DNA from: Lingula anatina
Taxonomy: Eukaryota; Animalia; Brachiopoda
Assembly: GCA_051362555.1 (NCBI GenBank)
Contig: CM120649.1
Span: 10,788,001 to 10,852,000 of the forward strand
Reading direction: 5' to 3'
Length of the DNA: 64,000 bases
The translations under genes and the position numbers were made by a program. Positions 38,557-52,700 of this stretch are shown piece by piece. Numbering within the stretch: position 1 is the stretch's first letter; the number at the start of each line of letters is the position of its first letter. The notes below the pieces were generated by a model. The model was not told where the DNA came from. It did no database searches and worked only from the letters and a program-made list of their open reading frames with translations.

Positions 38557-38795
38557 CATTCCCAATGTAACTGCCGTTCTACATAGATCGATCCAACTCC
38601 GCTGAATGCAATCTTAATGTAACAGATCAACATGCCTGCTCTTGTTTCCATTGTTCTGCTTGAACAACCAGCTTTTCTATATCTAATTACCCCACGCAAG
38701 GAGGAAGCGTTTTAATCTGGTTGCATTCAACGAGAGGCCCCGCCGATTTGGATCGATCCACACGTACATGTAGAAAGAGATTTTCATTGGGAATG
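38557..38795. mobile_element. Palindromic MITE related to the GATCGATC family
   Basis: CATTCCCAATG..GATCGATCCAAC..GCTGAATGCAATC ... GTTGCATTCAAC..TTGGATCGATC..CATTGGGAATG; relative at 53888-54319. Confidence 0.6.
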
Positions 38796-41700
38796 AACCC
38801 TAGGTGTGTGCCCTTTAATGTCTTCCGCTACACATCACGACAAATTTCATGACAATAAAGGATTTACTGATACAGAATGCCAAACGAGGGGAGCAATCGG
38901 TCAATTCACGGATATATTATGCAATTCTTCATTATTGCACTGATTCGGGAAAATTACGAGCTTCAGAACACGTAAGAGAGTCAGGAAATTAAAACCAATG
39001 TTCCACACAGTTTGAGACTTAGGGATATCTGTGTCAGAGAGATCTATCAATCAAAAGTGATAGCAAAATGAGCATATTTAAGCAATATTAGGTATAAAAG
39101 ACGTTATATTTATCCTACACAGAGTTAGACATAAAATGATCGGTTTCAGAAAAGAACAGAGATGAACTTTAATATACCCTGTAGTCTGTAAAAAGATGAA
39201 ACATTAGTTAACACAGGCAGAAAGTGAAAAAAATAATAATATAAGAGCTTCATAATCAGTCCTCTTCTGTTATAATTACTCTAATCACAAATGTTTCTAT
39301 CTTTTATATTTCTGGCCATTGTGATCTTCCGTTAATTACTATGATAAGGTATTAGGATCGGCTTTAATGCCATTCTTGGCGAGAGCGTCAGTAGCCAGCA
39401 GTCCAGTTTCCATATCGTAAACAGGCCCTTTAGTGAAATATTATTTCCTATAATTTTTAAGATATTATTTTTGGGTTAGAAAGGTCGGTTTTCCCTGATA
39501 CCTCAGTCACTAGACTTTTATTTCGGGTAAAAATTACGTTTTGGAAAATTTTCACTTCCATATCATTCTGACATGTATAAATCAATTTTACTTTTGAAAA
39601 CAAACAAAAAAATGACTTGGACAAATTTTAAACTATTTCTTGGTTTTTGTCTAGCTGTTCTTCAACGCCGTCTAAACCAGCTGGCTTTTATATTCTATGA
39701 TGTTCAATACACCAGGATAGCACAAACGAAAAGATATGGTCTTGATGTGAACACAGCTGTGGAACAGTTAGGACCAATAAAATGCACCAATTTACAAGGT
39801 TCCACAGGCTCTTACACTGTGATATAATATTTGTCCCCTTTGGATAAGCAGGCGGCTCCTAAGCTATCGGGGGTAGACATACCAAGAATCCATTAAGGAT
39901 ATTGTAACCCTAAATTATCATCCAGATACCGAAAGTTTTTTCCTGCATCTCATTATTCAATAATGCATCTATTTAATAATCTTCGTGCGGATTTTAAAAA
40001 ACATATTAAAAATCTAGAAAATATAAAATATTGGCCTTTATATTTCACATTACAATGTATAAGCATAGGCAACTCAAAGGTTTAATCGTCAATTTAACAT
40101 CTTTCCACTTTTAAGTGAGATAGCAATCGGTATGGGGTGTAACTTCATTCCTGAACAAGGTTTTATCACGAAAATTTGCAGCGTTGACCAGGCCTGTACA
40201 GACTACAATCTCATACCATCATTTTGGTTCAAATGTTTTTGTTATGGAGTTATCAACCACTAGTTACATATTTACATTAAACAAAAGCATTTTCGCTTTA
40301 TCAAAGATAAAATCCGAACTAAGACTTTTAAGAAAAATCAACGGCAGGGTTTGCAGTACCAAATGGTGTCAGTAAATCGGCGTTGAAACGGTGATCTTGG
40401 ATGCTCATGTAAAAGAGAAATTTGAGAAACCGGTTTTTTAGTTTTTGACCCAAAATCGCATATAAAAGACGTCACTTGTAAGATGACATACATGTATGTG
40501 TGAATGTTATATAATTTAGTCACTGAACACTGAAGGTTTATTTATTAATTACCCAGAAGAATGTATGTAAGGCAGTAAATAAGGAGTTTTGGGCGAAGTG
40601 TGACAATATTCTGAAGGCTCTTATAGAGGTATATATGAGCAACCGCTGTCATAGTATGATGGTGTCACAGTTTAAAGGGGATGGACGTGTACACGGTGCT
40701 CCTCATCTTAATGTTGTACCGGTTGAGGCCATTATAGAGACGCACGTACTTGAAGTCGATTTTTTTGCAAAAAAAAAAAAAAAAAAAAAGGCAAAATGTC
40801 ACAATACAGTTTCAAATTAAATATGAATTACAGAAATAGTGTTTTTAGAGCGGATAATTTCTGCTTCCTTTATGTGCTGTATATAAGCGGGGAAGCTAAG
40901 TAGGTCAGTAAGTAGGTCGTTTTACGTGAAAATTTTGAAAAAGGTCAGATTTAAAGCCCTCTTATGGCTGATCGGTTTATCAATTGTCATATCGCCTTTA
41001 TTTCAGTGGTACATATACAAGAAGCAGGTGGAAGTTATTTATATGAGTTACTGGAAATCCGCGATTGCTTTAGGTGTGTCATAAAGGTCTCTCCCATAAA
41101 GACAATTAATCATGAGTTGAAGTGTCCGTCTACTTTATTCACCTAACTGTTCTTCGACAGTTAAAATGCTCATTAGAGAGCTTTCGCACCTGCACGTTTA
41201 GGCGAACGACTACGTTTAGGTCATCATAATTTGCTGTCTAGTGACGTGTACACATACGGTTAGAGAGAACATTATCCGCAGCTAGATTGCTACCCGTCAA
41301 TGAAAAACGGTTTGACAAATCAGCATAATTTCATGAAATCAAGCCTTTCAAAGTTGACCGTTTCTCTACTAAAATCGTATTGGACATTTTATTTTTGCAA
41401 TATATGTGAAACATTTTGTCTCTGTTATTTGTGTCTATGTTTTTGTTACTATTGAAATATAGGTTATACCCGTAAAAAAGGCATTTTCCACTGACCACAA
41501 GGTAGTCAGAACTGGCCTTCCGCACGCGTGACGGATTGTATTATAAGACTGTTAGGTCATCATCTTGTGAGCAGTTTTTACGAGTACACATGCCATTATA
41601 AGTGGTCTATAGACTAGCCGTCTGCACTTGACGCGTAACAAGCAGGATATCCGTCAGGTAAGTGCCGTTTAGTAAGGGCCCCTTTACACTGGACGGCGTC

Positions 41701-42653
41701 CTTTCTGCGTCCCTTCTGCGTTCAAAAAAGTGGTCAGGACGCTCAACGGTCGCCAGAGCAATTAAATCGTGTCTCAGTGTAAAGGCGTCTGCGTCCCTTG
41801 TGCGTCCTTTGAACGACCGAATCTTGATTTTACCTGTAAAACTGCGAGCAACCTGCCTACCTCCACTGTACGTCCCCTGTGCAACCCAAGGCATCCATTG
41901 CGATGTTTAAGCGACCATTGAGCATTCTTGCTGCGTTCTCTGTACCTTCATCGGCGATCAGTGGCGTCTATTCTACGATCATTCTGCATCCTGCTTGACC
42001 GATGAGCGTTGTTCGGGCGTCCTTCTCTATATTCTGACTCATATTTTTTCATCGGTTCTAACCAGGTCATCCAATAAAGAACATTTCCAGCACACAAAAC
42101 AAATAAATGGGAATAAACGCTTTAAACTATAGTGATGCAAGGTCTGCATGGACTGCATGGACTGTGGGGAGCCACATTTTGGGGGCTAGTCAAATTTCTA
42201 ATTTCAAAAGCGGAATATTTGTGTGCCTTATTTCGGAAACCAAGGGGGGGGGGGGCTGGACCTCTTGTGCATATTTAAAATTTGGTGTTGACTGATGATA
42301 AGCCTGATTTTAAAATAAGCTGCCCTTAGTCTGATACACGGTAGTTTGTACAACACTCTTAAAATGAAAATGCCAATATGTGAAAAACTGCATTACTTCA
42401 AGAATTTTTTGTGTAGCCTATTACCAAGCTGTTATTAAGCAGTCTTAAGAAACGGTCCTCTTGTCTATAACAAATAAGATTGTAATTAAACATACTTATC
42501 ACAAAGCTTTACGCAAAATAGAAGAGATAACTGTCCCGACTTTGTCTTTACATTTATCTCCTCCATTTAGCACAAAACTCCATGACCTGTACTTTATCTG
42601 CAACCTTAATCTAAATTCCTTTATTCAACCTGAATAAACAAGTTTGCATTTAC

Positions 42654-42743
42654 CTTCAATACTCCGTTCTCCAGATATAAGTATATGTAGTGGGTCCAGT
42701 CAGCATCAATGTCAGCATCAGAGTAGAATAGGGTACCATTAGC
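42654..42743 (-). pseudogene. Isolated laminin-G-like exon (phase 0-0, 30 codons)
   Basis: Strong acceptor TTTCTCTCTCCAG, open frame ANGTLFYSDADIDADWTHYIYLYLENGVLK (LamG NG.LFY..L.L.NG.L pattern), donor AAG|GTAAAT. No intact neighbouring exons were found. Confidence 0.5.
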
Positions 42744-43374
42744 CTGGAGAGAGAAATATCATTTGACAGAGAGCATTGGTTTGCATAGAAAATATAGATA
42801 AAGCCAGCTATGTATCTAGAACACAGCAGGGAAAGAGTTTGTTTTAGTCAATCACAGAAGAGTAAAGTGGCAATAAAATCCCTGTTTGATTGACTGATTT
42901 ATAAATAAGAATCAATAAATCATTTAATCAAGAATTCAATTACGGAGCAGAGGTAAAGCAAGTTTTAATTTACTCTCTGGATTGTCTTTCATATAACCTA
43001 TATAATACTATTTACCTTCCATTACTTACTATGTATTAAATTCCAAGGCATTAGCATTGGACTGCTGTAGCTGAGGGGGTGGGGTTGGGGGGGGGGGGGG
43101 TACACGAGATATCCTGTGCTCTCATATATAACTTGGACAAATACAGTAGCTGTCAACTCCCCCCCCCCACCCCCATAATGAGCCCCATATCATCTTAAGT
43201 CGCATATATAGGAGCATGAAACCCTAGTCACAGCAAGCGGTACATTTTTGTCGTTCGTTCCACTCTGAGTTATCGACACCTTAACAACAGGGGGTGAACT
43301 TGTGTAGAAATTGTGGAAGAGAATAAAATATCCTGCAACGTAGTAGCATGTTAGAGGCTGCTAAAGAGGACCGG

Positions 43375-43535
43375 TGTAACAGTAATCCAAGTCCTCCAGG
43401 ACCTCGGTTCCTGGTAATGGTTGTCTGTAGGACCAATATTACTTGGGAATAATAGTCCTACAGGGACTTAGGTTCCTGGCTCATAATTAGAGTAGGTTGG
43501 ACTTATATTACTGTCGGACTTTTATTCCTGTTACA
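43375..43535. mobile_element. Ginger-like MITE (TGT...ACA termini)
   Basis: CCGG|TGTAACAGTAATCCAAGTCC ... GGACTTTTATTCCTGTTACA inverted termini with internal AGGAC/GTCCT motifs. Confidence 0.6.
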
Positions 43536-44859
43536 CCTATGACAGTAATAAAAGTCCGGCCATTCGCAAGTCCTATCCTTAGGCAATAATACGGTTAAAT
43601 GATAAAACTATAAACGTATATGAAATCCTTCTGGTGAGCCATATATTAGACAAAAAATGAGAGGTTTGCAACTTCAACTCGTCTGTGTAGTGGTTAGCGT
43701 GCAAGACCACAAGGTAAGATGTCATGAATCGTTCTACATCTATGGGTTCGAGACATACCTTTGACATGACCTTACCCTCCCTCCCCCCTTGTAGCCCATT
43801 TATTACTTGTAGCAAAATGTTTAATGGTGTTTTTAATGTCTAATGTGTTCGAAAATCCGTGCTCATTACATTTACAACTTCTTTTTTTGTTTTGTCTTTT
43901 AAGTGTCAAAGCACCAAAATTAGCAAAGGGTTGTTACAGAACATTATATACATATGTAATGTTAGTTAGTGACAGCATGCAGTGAATAAGAGCGCGGAGT
44001 GTTTAGTAGAGTAACTTAAGTTGACTGACATGCTCTTATGGTATTTATACAACTGCGCTTAGTGTAAACAGAGAGAAGGCCGCTAGAGATTGCATGAGGT
44101 AGGAATAGAAATGAAGGAAGCGGCGCGGGTAATAACTGGACAGTAGTTCAATAAATAATAAGAACGATAATATCTGAGTTGTATTTGCTACCTCGCGTAA
44201 CATGAAGAAGACAAGCCAATAGCACACATATATTGCAATTTTCAATTTCTAAACTGTCTTGATTTGTCTTAAATCTCAGCCCATACTTTCCAAGAGCAAA
44301 TTCCCATCGAGTTTGAGGTTATTTTTTCAATTTCAGCGAGTGTAAACCGAAAACAAATCTAAGAACGGAGATCCCGCGTTTTGTGTAAAGTGATTTTTCT
44401 CTTAGGAATAAGGTTTTGAAAAAGAGAGAGAGAGGGAGAGAAAATAAGAATTTCGACGCAAAACACAAAAGGTACACCCCAGTAGAAAAGGACATGAAAT
44501 AATATACACTGTACATATCTACCTCAAAGGATGAAAATAAGGGATGCCTTTGGGTGGTGCCTTATTTTGTTAAAAAAATATCGGGCAAACCAGGCTCATA
44601 CATATTGTGCACTGAGGGAGGAGTACGCCAAAAATATGCGTTAACACGTCAAAATTTGTGTTTACTATATGAAAAATACACATAAAATAGATAAATTGTT
44701 TTTGTTTCTTCATTAATATGCATATAAACTGCCTATCGGAAAACATTGTAAAATATAAAGATAAAATGTCATATAAATAGAATAAAGCAAACGTTTATTT
44801 TATCTTTAAAACTAGTATGTCTCTTTATCTATTTATTCATGTCATTTCTTGGTGTAAAC

Positions 44860-45089
44860 TATATAGGACATGCGTTACTAAAATGTCAGGAACGCACGTC
44901 CCATTAGGACGTGCATTACTACACGTAGGACTTACATTACTCGGGAGCCTTTGTCCTATACGGACATTGAATCCTAGTAACGTATGTCCTAGGACTTCCA
45001 TTCCTAGCAATGCATGCCCTAGGACTTGCATTCACAGGACTTAGTGTCCGGGCGGACTTGCGATACTAGGACGTGCACTCCTGCCACAC
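44860..45089. repeat. Array of short AGGAC..CCTAG subterminal repeats, probable Ginger-like MITE end
   Basis: Repeated TAGGACxTGCAxTCCTAG motifs ending ..TCCTGCCACA|CTGG. Confidence 0.5.
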
Positions 45090-45307
45090 TGGCAAGTTTA
45101 GTTTACCATCAGATGTGCATAGGACCTTAGGGTTTCACAGGAAAAACAGGCAATGATAGCTGACGATGAACCATTTATAATCGTGATAAAATCATGGGAT
45201 TTAAAACAAGTTCAGTTTCAATATTAAAAATAAATGTCCGGCCTGACCAGTCTGTCCTAGGAATTGATGAGTGATGAGATGGAAGATTACTGGGAATTCT
45301 ATATTCC

Positions 45308-45461
45308 GTGGACTCTATACCGTTTACGACTACCACATTCATTATACAAGATTTTTTTGTCACCACGAATGAAAAGCATTGCGCTTGCAATCGGATTTCA
45401 CTAAGATCCTATTTCCATAGACACCAAAGGTGACACGCCTCCTTTTGTTTCTGTCGTACTC
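45308..45461 (+). repeat. ~155-bp direct repeat, copy 1 (copy 2 at ~47425-47575)
   Basis: GGACTCTATACCGTTT..CCACATTCATTATACAAGATTTTTTGTCACCACGAATGAAAAGCATTGCGCTTGCAAT..GTTTCTGTCGTACTC present at both positions. Confidence 0.85.
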
Positions 45462-47159
45462 GTATAATCATTTGTGAGGGGTTTAACCAAGACCACGGGG
45501 TATCCAATGTGAGACAGTTATAGAAAATTATATATATTTTCAGACTTTTTGTACAAGTGAATTAAATAATTAATTTCATAAAAGAAAATTATCCAGAATG
45601 TTTCAGGAGGGGTGTGGTGCGAAAGAAAAGAAAATATATCTACGTTTTGCTTGACGAATTAGACAAAAGGTACATGCAGAAGGGTGATGGTTTGCGTTTG
45701 TCTCCTTGCGCTTTGCATATTTTTTCTTTTTTTTTCGGGGAGGGGGGGGGGGGGGTGAGGGGGAAGAGGAGGGGGCATAGACGTATACCCCTTGTGTCCC
45801 CCTCCCAAAACCAGCCGATCTGCCATTCTGTTAAAATTCACTTTGATGAAGTTGAGATATACAAAAGCTATATACTTGTTCGTGATTTCGTGGTATATAA
45901 TTGAAAGTGAGTCGTATTTCCGTGTACTCTCATCCCTCCCCTTTTGGAGCCTCAGTGAAACTCAATGTAATGTGAATGAAAGTGACGCACCCCTTAAACA
46001 TTTTTTCCACAGTCTGTCCGGTCGATCAAGTTTGTCGGTATACTATAATGTTTTGTAGACGTGACTTGTTTCTCGTATAAAAAAAGTTTGATACTTGTAA
46101 TCAATTTTCTTATGTCGTTTCGTCTAAATTTAGAAAAATTCTTGTAGACTATCTGTTTGCTGCTTATTTTTAGAATTCTCCATAATCAAATATTTCAGAC
46201 GAATGAATCCTTGAGCTATTTTATAGCAGCTTGTACTCTGTAATGCTTTGCTGCAGTGAAACAAACTTTACGTCCGACCTCCGAAATTACGAAACACTTT
46301 GTTTTTACATTGAGTCATCATAAGAAAATTGCTTTATTTACAAACTCCCACTTTGTATGTCAGCTATTGTCTATAACAAACACACACACAAACACACACA
46401 CACACACAAAAAGCTAAACAGAATTGTCAATAAAATATAAGCAGCTATTGTATTTTAAAAAGCAACCAGGCAAGCAGTCATAGTAACTCATACAATAACT
46501 TCAAAACCATGACTGTCTTTAAACAGTGACGATGTCATTCAAGACCTTAAACCGTATGCACAGAGGTAGATTTCGCGTATTGCTGAACGTGATCCAGATT
46601 TAAAAAAAACTCAGAGAGCGGCAGACATAAACCCCCGCTTTATCGTCTCTGTCGCAATGTCCCATATACTGAGCGAGGACAGATAATACATTTCAGCACA
46701 TCTAGAACAAGATCAAAGGCCTTTACTGATTAAATGGGTCACGGTATCGTTGTGTTGGTTCGGTTTCAAGTATCAGTTCGATAAATAAACACTTGCTGAT
46801 AACAAGTGGCAAGGGGTCTGTTCCTCTTGATCAACATGTCTTTACCGCCGGATTTCCATAATTTACATCCTGAGTCTCAATCGTTGTTGAAGTAACTCAG
46901 TGAGCAGAATGCCAGTCGTCAAGGGGCAATAACCCCGGAACTAGCCAGGGAAGCGGCTTTGTCGGCGACCCGCGAATCTGATGGCAGGCTTGACTTTGAG
47001 TACCAAGTAGAGCGACGGTAATATATTATCCCTTCGCCGCACGATTCGGGTACGAAGGACACTACCAGTGAGCTCAGCCCGTTGGGACCAAGTTGCAGCA
47101 GCGTTAAATGCACTTATTCATTACGAGAGTCGGCACCTAACAAAGTTCAAATTAATTTG

Positions 47160-47204
<45 letters not shown>

Positions 47205-50200
47205 CCTAAATACAAATACAAATATGGGTATATTGATACGGTATAGTTATAATAAAATTGGCTTAATTCTGTTACAGCTGGTATCCCAGTCTGGGTGTAC
47301 ATCCCCAGCACAGTGGCGCCACACCCAGCGATATTCGTGTATTTTCACGGTGGTGGCTTCACATAGTCAGAAACCGGGTTACCCATGACTCGTGCTGCAA
47401 TATGGTCGCCACGTACGTACACGCGGACTCTATACCGTTTCCGTTTTCCACATTCATTATACAAGATTTTTTGTCACCACGAATGAAAAGCATTGCGCTT
47501 GCAATAGGATTTCACTAAGATCCCATTTCCATAGACACCAAAGGTGACACACCTCCTCTTGTTTCTGTCGTACTCCTTTAATCACCAGCTATTCTATCTA
47601 TTGAACGCCAGGAGGCGCGTCAATCAGCAAAGCTGAAAATCCCTGCAGAGTTGGGTCGATCCAAATGGATTGATGATGTCTGTGGGCATAAGGCCTAATA
47701 ATGTTAATGTTAAAACCATTTTGCCTATATGGAATCATAACGTATTTTCAACGTCACACATTCCTAGCTAGGAAAAAATAACACTGAAATACAAAACCTT
47801 CCTTTAACTGTCCTACTTCTTCATCTTAACACGGAGAGTCGAAGTGTGTGATGGTAAGCGTAGGCTAGGCCTAACTGTCTTATATCACTATTTAATATAT
47901 GTTGATTTTCTTCCATATCAATTGGTACTATCGTAAAAAACATGGATTTTAAAGGTAAAGGGACAAATAAAAATCATGAAAACGTTTGCACGTGTGTGCG
48001 TAACTGACGTGATCCAGGGAATGAACCACCTTTTTTATGAAATGACACATATATCATTAAATACCAGTACACGAAAAAAAGGAAAAAATTGCCTCTTTAT
48101 TTTCCCTCAAAATTTGGTTTAAACAAAACCGTCAGAATTAACCGAGAAGCGTGGACGGAGCGGACTCCAAGCACCCGTCATACTGTGGAAACCGCCAGGC
48201 GGCGCCCGGTACGACAGACCAAGACGAGACCGACAGGGATTTCAGGTCGTATGGCTCTTTATCTTTCCAGTAAATGAACATGTGTTGGTCATGCTGATTT
48301 CCTCTACCCACCATGGAAGATGTGAACAAAATCATTATTTGTTGTCTCTGCATGAGACATTTTCTACAGATTTTTCTTTGGGGTATAAAATGCTCATTTG
48401 ACCTTAATAGATCTAAAATTATATAATTTCCCTGGACTTTTCAACAATTTTCCCTTTCTCACGTCAGTATATCCTGTCTTAAACCTAAGAGAGAGGTGTA
48501 ACATATAAATCCATTTTAGTTGTTCTAAGGTTCAATAAATTTAATAAATTTTAGTTGGATAATGTGTTGACTGTCTTATCACTTACTTGATATGTCCATC
48601 TTCCCAAGAAATCCAGAAATATTTGAACTTTCTTGGACTGAAAATTCCAGGAGTTTTTGCTGAGGCAACGCAGCTGCCCTGGAGCCTTTTCCTAATTCAG
48701 GAATTTTGCTCCCCCCCAAGCCCCCAAGGACGACATTGGGTTTTTGGTGACAGTCTTCCATAACACCGTTGAGCTGTAATTTACTGCTATTAACGGGAAG
48801 ATAAACTAGTTCTGCGACTATTACTTGCCCTAAGCAAAACACTATTATTCAAATACAGACGTGATTACGTGGAAAGTGCTCAAGTAATACTAGATTTCGT
48901 CATTGGCCGAGATACGTTATGTTTTATACGAAGAGTGGAGAATACGTTTGTTTCACCGAGTTTGGACAGTAACCTTTCCAGAGTCAGCATTGTCATTGTG
49001 GACTTCTAACGTAAGTATTCGTACAAGGCACAATTGCGTATATTTTTCATATTGCTGTTTACCTTAAATGGTATATCACAATTCTTTCGGTGTACTACCG
49101 CAGTTGATTTGTGGTCTTCGAGTTCCAAGCTATAGACTGTCACTATCGGTTTTTAACATTTTATTGAATTTTCCGCTTTAAAGCCTTTTCCGTGCACAAT
49201 TAGTCCAACTTTAGAACTGTCTGGTGGGATATATTATTTCTGGCGATTAGTGATACCATCAAAAATGTTCACCGTTGAAGATAAAGGATCTAAATTTGTG
49301 GTGAGTGTGTAACAAACGCAAATGTTTTGTTCCTTGGCAAAACTTCCAACAGGTGGGTTTTTTATGTGTTACTGTAGGAAATCGTCGTCTTACTGGAGAA
49401 CAGGTGTTACAAGAAAAAAATGCAAAAAATAGGTTCTTCTTTAAGAAAACGCTAACGCCGTGGCATGCAGGGATATCTTACGAAATCATTTGATCCCATT
49501 TGCACATCCGCACAATCAGTTGCATACCAGTTGCAAATCAGCCGGCGACCTATTACATGTAGCAACCGGTTGGATACCCCAGATTGGTCTTTAGGTCGCC
49601 TGCAGGTTTTCGATGCTGCACCCGAAGCCGGCGCGATTATATATTTACCAAGTGTTCTTTTGGAAACCTCTTTGCGAGTTGTAGCAACTGCTCGCCGACC
49701 ATTTTGCAACCGGTGGTACAGGTAGTTGGAAGCCGCAAAGAGGTTTTTTGTTCAGTGTGACCGTAACTGCACAGGCCCTGCGACTTCAAATGGGACCAAG
49801 TATTGAATCAAAATGCCATTGAGGGATATGCTAAGATTAACAAGGATTAAAACATATTCAAATTTATACTTATTATTGCTGGTTGCAGTATGAATTTGAT
49901 ATTTAGCTATAGTATGGTTTGTTTTCTTACAATCGCACAATAAGGAAAATGAGTAATAAAATGAACCCGGCTTTCAAGTATTACAGCAGCCAACACGTCT
50001 CCTGCTCTTTGTAAAGGTGCAATTTTACTAGGACGTATTTCTCGCATTCTGAGGGGGAATTGATGTGAGAACAGCTACCGTCGTAAGTTTGGAAAACATA
50101 TGATCTGTACAACCTTGTGGTTACCAGTGGGAAATCCACCATTACTGTCCTGCAACCGGTTTTCAATTATCAAGCGGTTTCTGAATTGTTGTGTATTGAT

Positions 50201-50712
50201 CGCTCGGCAAACGGTGTGCTACTAGTAATCTATAGCTTGAAGGTGGTCTTTCGAGGTTGCAGATACCATACTGCAACCTTGTTGCAACTGGTGTGCGACA
50301 GGTCGCCGATTAATGTATGCCAAAGCTTCTTATCTCATATCTATCAAGCGATCGCCAGATTTTGTGGTTGCTAAAAGGTTGCAAAAGGTTGCAAGCGTAA
50401 TGCGACGAAGGCTTGAAATAAGCCATTATTAAAGACTCTCTCATCGCCATACATTGACTGCTGAAACATTATTATTTAGAAATAAACCTTTGAGCACACG
50501 GTTATTTCAAGTTTAAGCTTGTCTGGCAGGATCTCATATCTCATTATTTCTTCTTCTGATACAATATAACTACACGATCGGACTTCTCTCTGGGTATTTT
50601 TATATGATCAAGAATCAGTTTTGTAATTAAGATAAATCTCTTTATAACGTTCTGCAAACTAGAACAAGGTAAGTTTTGGAAAATTTATCTTGGACATCAC
50701 TTTATAGCTATA

Positions 50713-50801
50713 CAGGGTGTATAAAAAAAAGTGAACACTTACAATAAAATTTTAAAATTCTGGGTATTTTTCTAAGTGTTCACTTTTTTTTATACACCCT
50801 G
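50713..50801. mobile_element. Tiny Tc1/mariner-type MITE
   Basis: TA|CAGGGTGTATAAAAAAAAGTGAACACTTA ... TAAGTGTTCACTTTTTTTTATACACCCTG|TA perfect TIR with TA duplication. Confidence 0.85.
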
Positions 50802-52464
50802 TAGTCAAAGCGGGGTAATTCATTTTAGCGACTGGTTCATCTTTTAACTGTAAGAGGATACAGCGCGTTGAACCATATTAAAACTACGGTTATCCCCAGA
50901 AGGAATATTTTTATAATAAGAAATTGCACTGTACAATCATGAACTTTGCTCATTAAAAAAAAACTTAAGTTCGTTCTGTGTAGGATTCGGTCTTGTTTTT
51001 TGTGACACTTCTCCATAAATCACCTGATAATCAACAGTAAATTCATTGCTATTCACGCAATGATTATATGTTGCTCTGCAACTAGTACTTGCTCGAAGCA
51101 AAATAATATCATTGGAGCATTTACATAATAATATGCGGGCTGTACATACGTATAACTAGCTTCCGATTGGGATTCGTCGTATTTTATATGAAAAATGGAG
51201 AATATTTTTGTTTTGTTAAGTATACCAGTTACCCTTATCACTAAAAATTTAAAAAACGTTTTAAAGAGCTAGCTGTACCAGTCATAAATTGCAGAGTTCG
51301 AATAGATGGTTGGCTTTTGTTATATTAGCAAGCAGTTTTTATTAATTTAAAAAAGTCCGAAATTTGTAAGACTTGAAGGCATTAAAAAACCACAAATTGA
51401 TAAGCTTCCCCACGTCTTGTTCATTTATCCCCAAATTCAATTCTACAGAGGATAATGGATAACGGATAATGGATAACGGACATGGTTTGTTGCTTTCGGA
51501 TAATCGGCCTAAGTTTGACTGTTTGTTGGTTGACTAAATAACTAAGGTCTTCACAAATTTTAATGAAATATCCCGGATAAATAGCAACGCAGGAGGGAAA
51601 GACTTGAACACAATCCCTGTCTTCGAATAGATTTGAAATGAATTTTTTTTATATTTTGTTTTATTATTGCATTTTGTCTTGGTGGAAGTCAGCGCTCTAT
51701 GGTTACTCCAGTTTTGATAATGGTATTTAACACGCAGGGTTATCATTAAAAAAAATCACCAAATAGCAGAGACATGAATGCGTTCATACATTAATCGTTT
51801 TTCTAAATACATTTGCGTAATAGTATTTAGTATTCGTAATGCCACTGCAATCATTAGATACAATGTCTGGCATCGCTAGGGACTCTCATCGGTATTTTCC
51901 TGCACATTTAAGAACAGAGAGGGGGGCTAATACCACGACATCACTCTGAAGAATAAAAACCAAAGGTAATGCATTCTATTACTAGTTTTTCTAACCAAAT
52001 GTTTCGTAAGAGATGAAATTTTCAGAATTGTATAGAACCATTGGCAAAACTAGATCTATGGTGTAAGTAACCAATTGGCTGGAAACTTGCTCTGGCACAC
52101 GTAAGCCTCGTGGGTCAACCCCTGTGGGCGATATAAACCCTCTGGATATCACTGAATGAAGTAGATGATGGTTTAACAAGACGTATACATTGTATTTCGT
52201 TTACATGATTGAGACAGTCCAATACTTTTAGATACAGGTTCAGAAATTCAAACAGAGAAAAGACGCTTGCATGTTTTTTATTTTATTTTTTTTTATCAGA
52301 AATATTGGTGAAGCATAATTTGAAATTGGCTTTATTACTACTGGATAATATATTGAAAAAATTGTTGAACATTTATAAGCGCCTGTTTATAGCTCTCGCG
52401 AAAGGGGGCACATATATTGACAACAGTGCTAGCTTTTTCTACATTAATTATTTTGTTAAAAGAG

Positions 52465-52700
52465 CAGGCCTCATAAACGGATTAGGCGTTTCCTAGCACG
52501 AGCCTCAGATTCCCGTATGTAAGCAGCCAGGGCCCAGGATAGAAGCTGGACAAATTGATAGTGCTTGGCAACGCTAAGTTTGTGCTCGTTGACTTTACGT
52601 TGTGCTTGTGAATCTGAGGTGCGGCTCGTTAATATCGGCGTTTGCGCTCGGGAATCTGAGGCTCGTGCTCGGCAACAGCAATTATCGTTTATGAGGCCTG
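52465..52700. mobile_element. MITE with ~50-bp imperfect TIRs
   Basis: CAGGCCTCATAAACG..AGCACGAGCCTCAGATTCCC ... GGGAATCTGAGGCTCGTGCT..CGTTTATGAGGCCTG. Confidence 0.8.

Noticed and set aside
43678-43755. tRNA-like A box (TGTAGTGGTTAG) and B box (GGTTCGAGAC)
   Set aside because: No convincing cloverleaf or acceptor stem; at most a decayed SINE head.
44860-45089. Regularly spaced short repeats suggestive of a CRISPR array
   Set aside because: Eukaryotic context, degenerate repeats without unique spacers, no cas genes; better explained as MITE subterminal repeats.
46890-47110. GC-richer block with a short open frame and possible splice sites
   Set aside because: No recognisable domain or partner exons; cannot be supported as coding.
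48900-50670. Possible 5' UTR exons of the METTL24-like gene (GTAAGT donors near 49011 and 50669)
   Set aside because: Plausible given the acceptor at 54854, but unsupported without transcript data.
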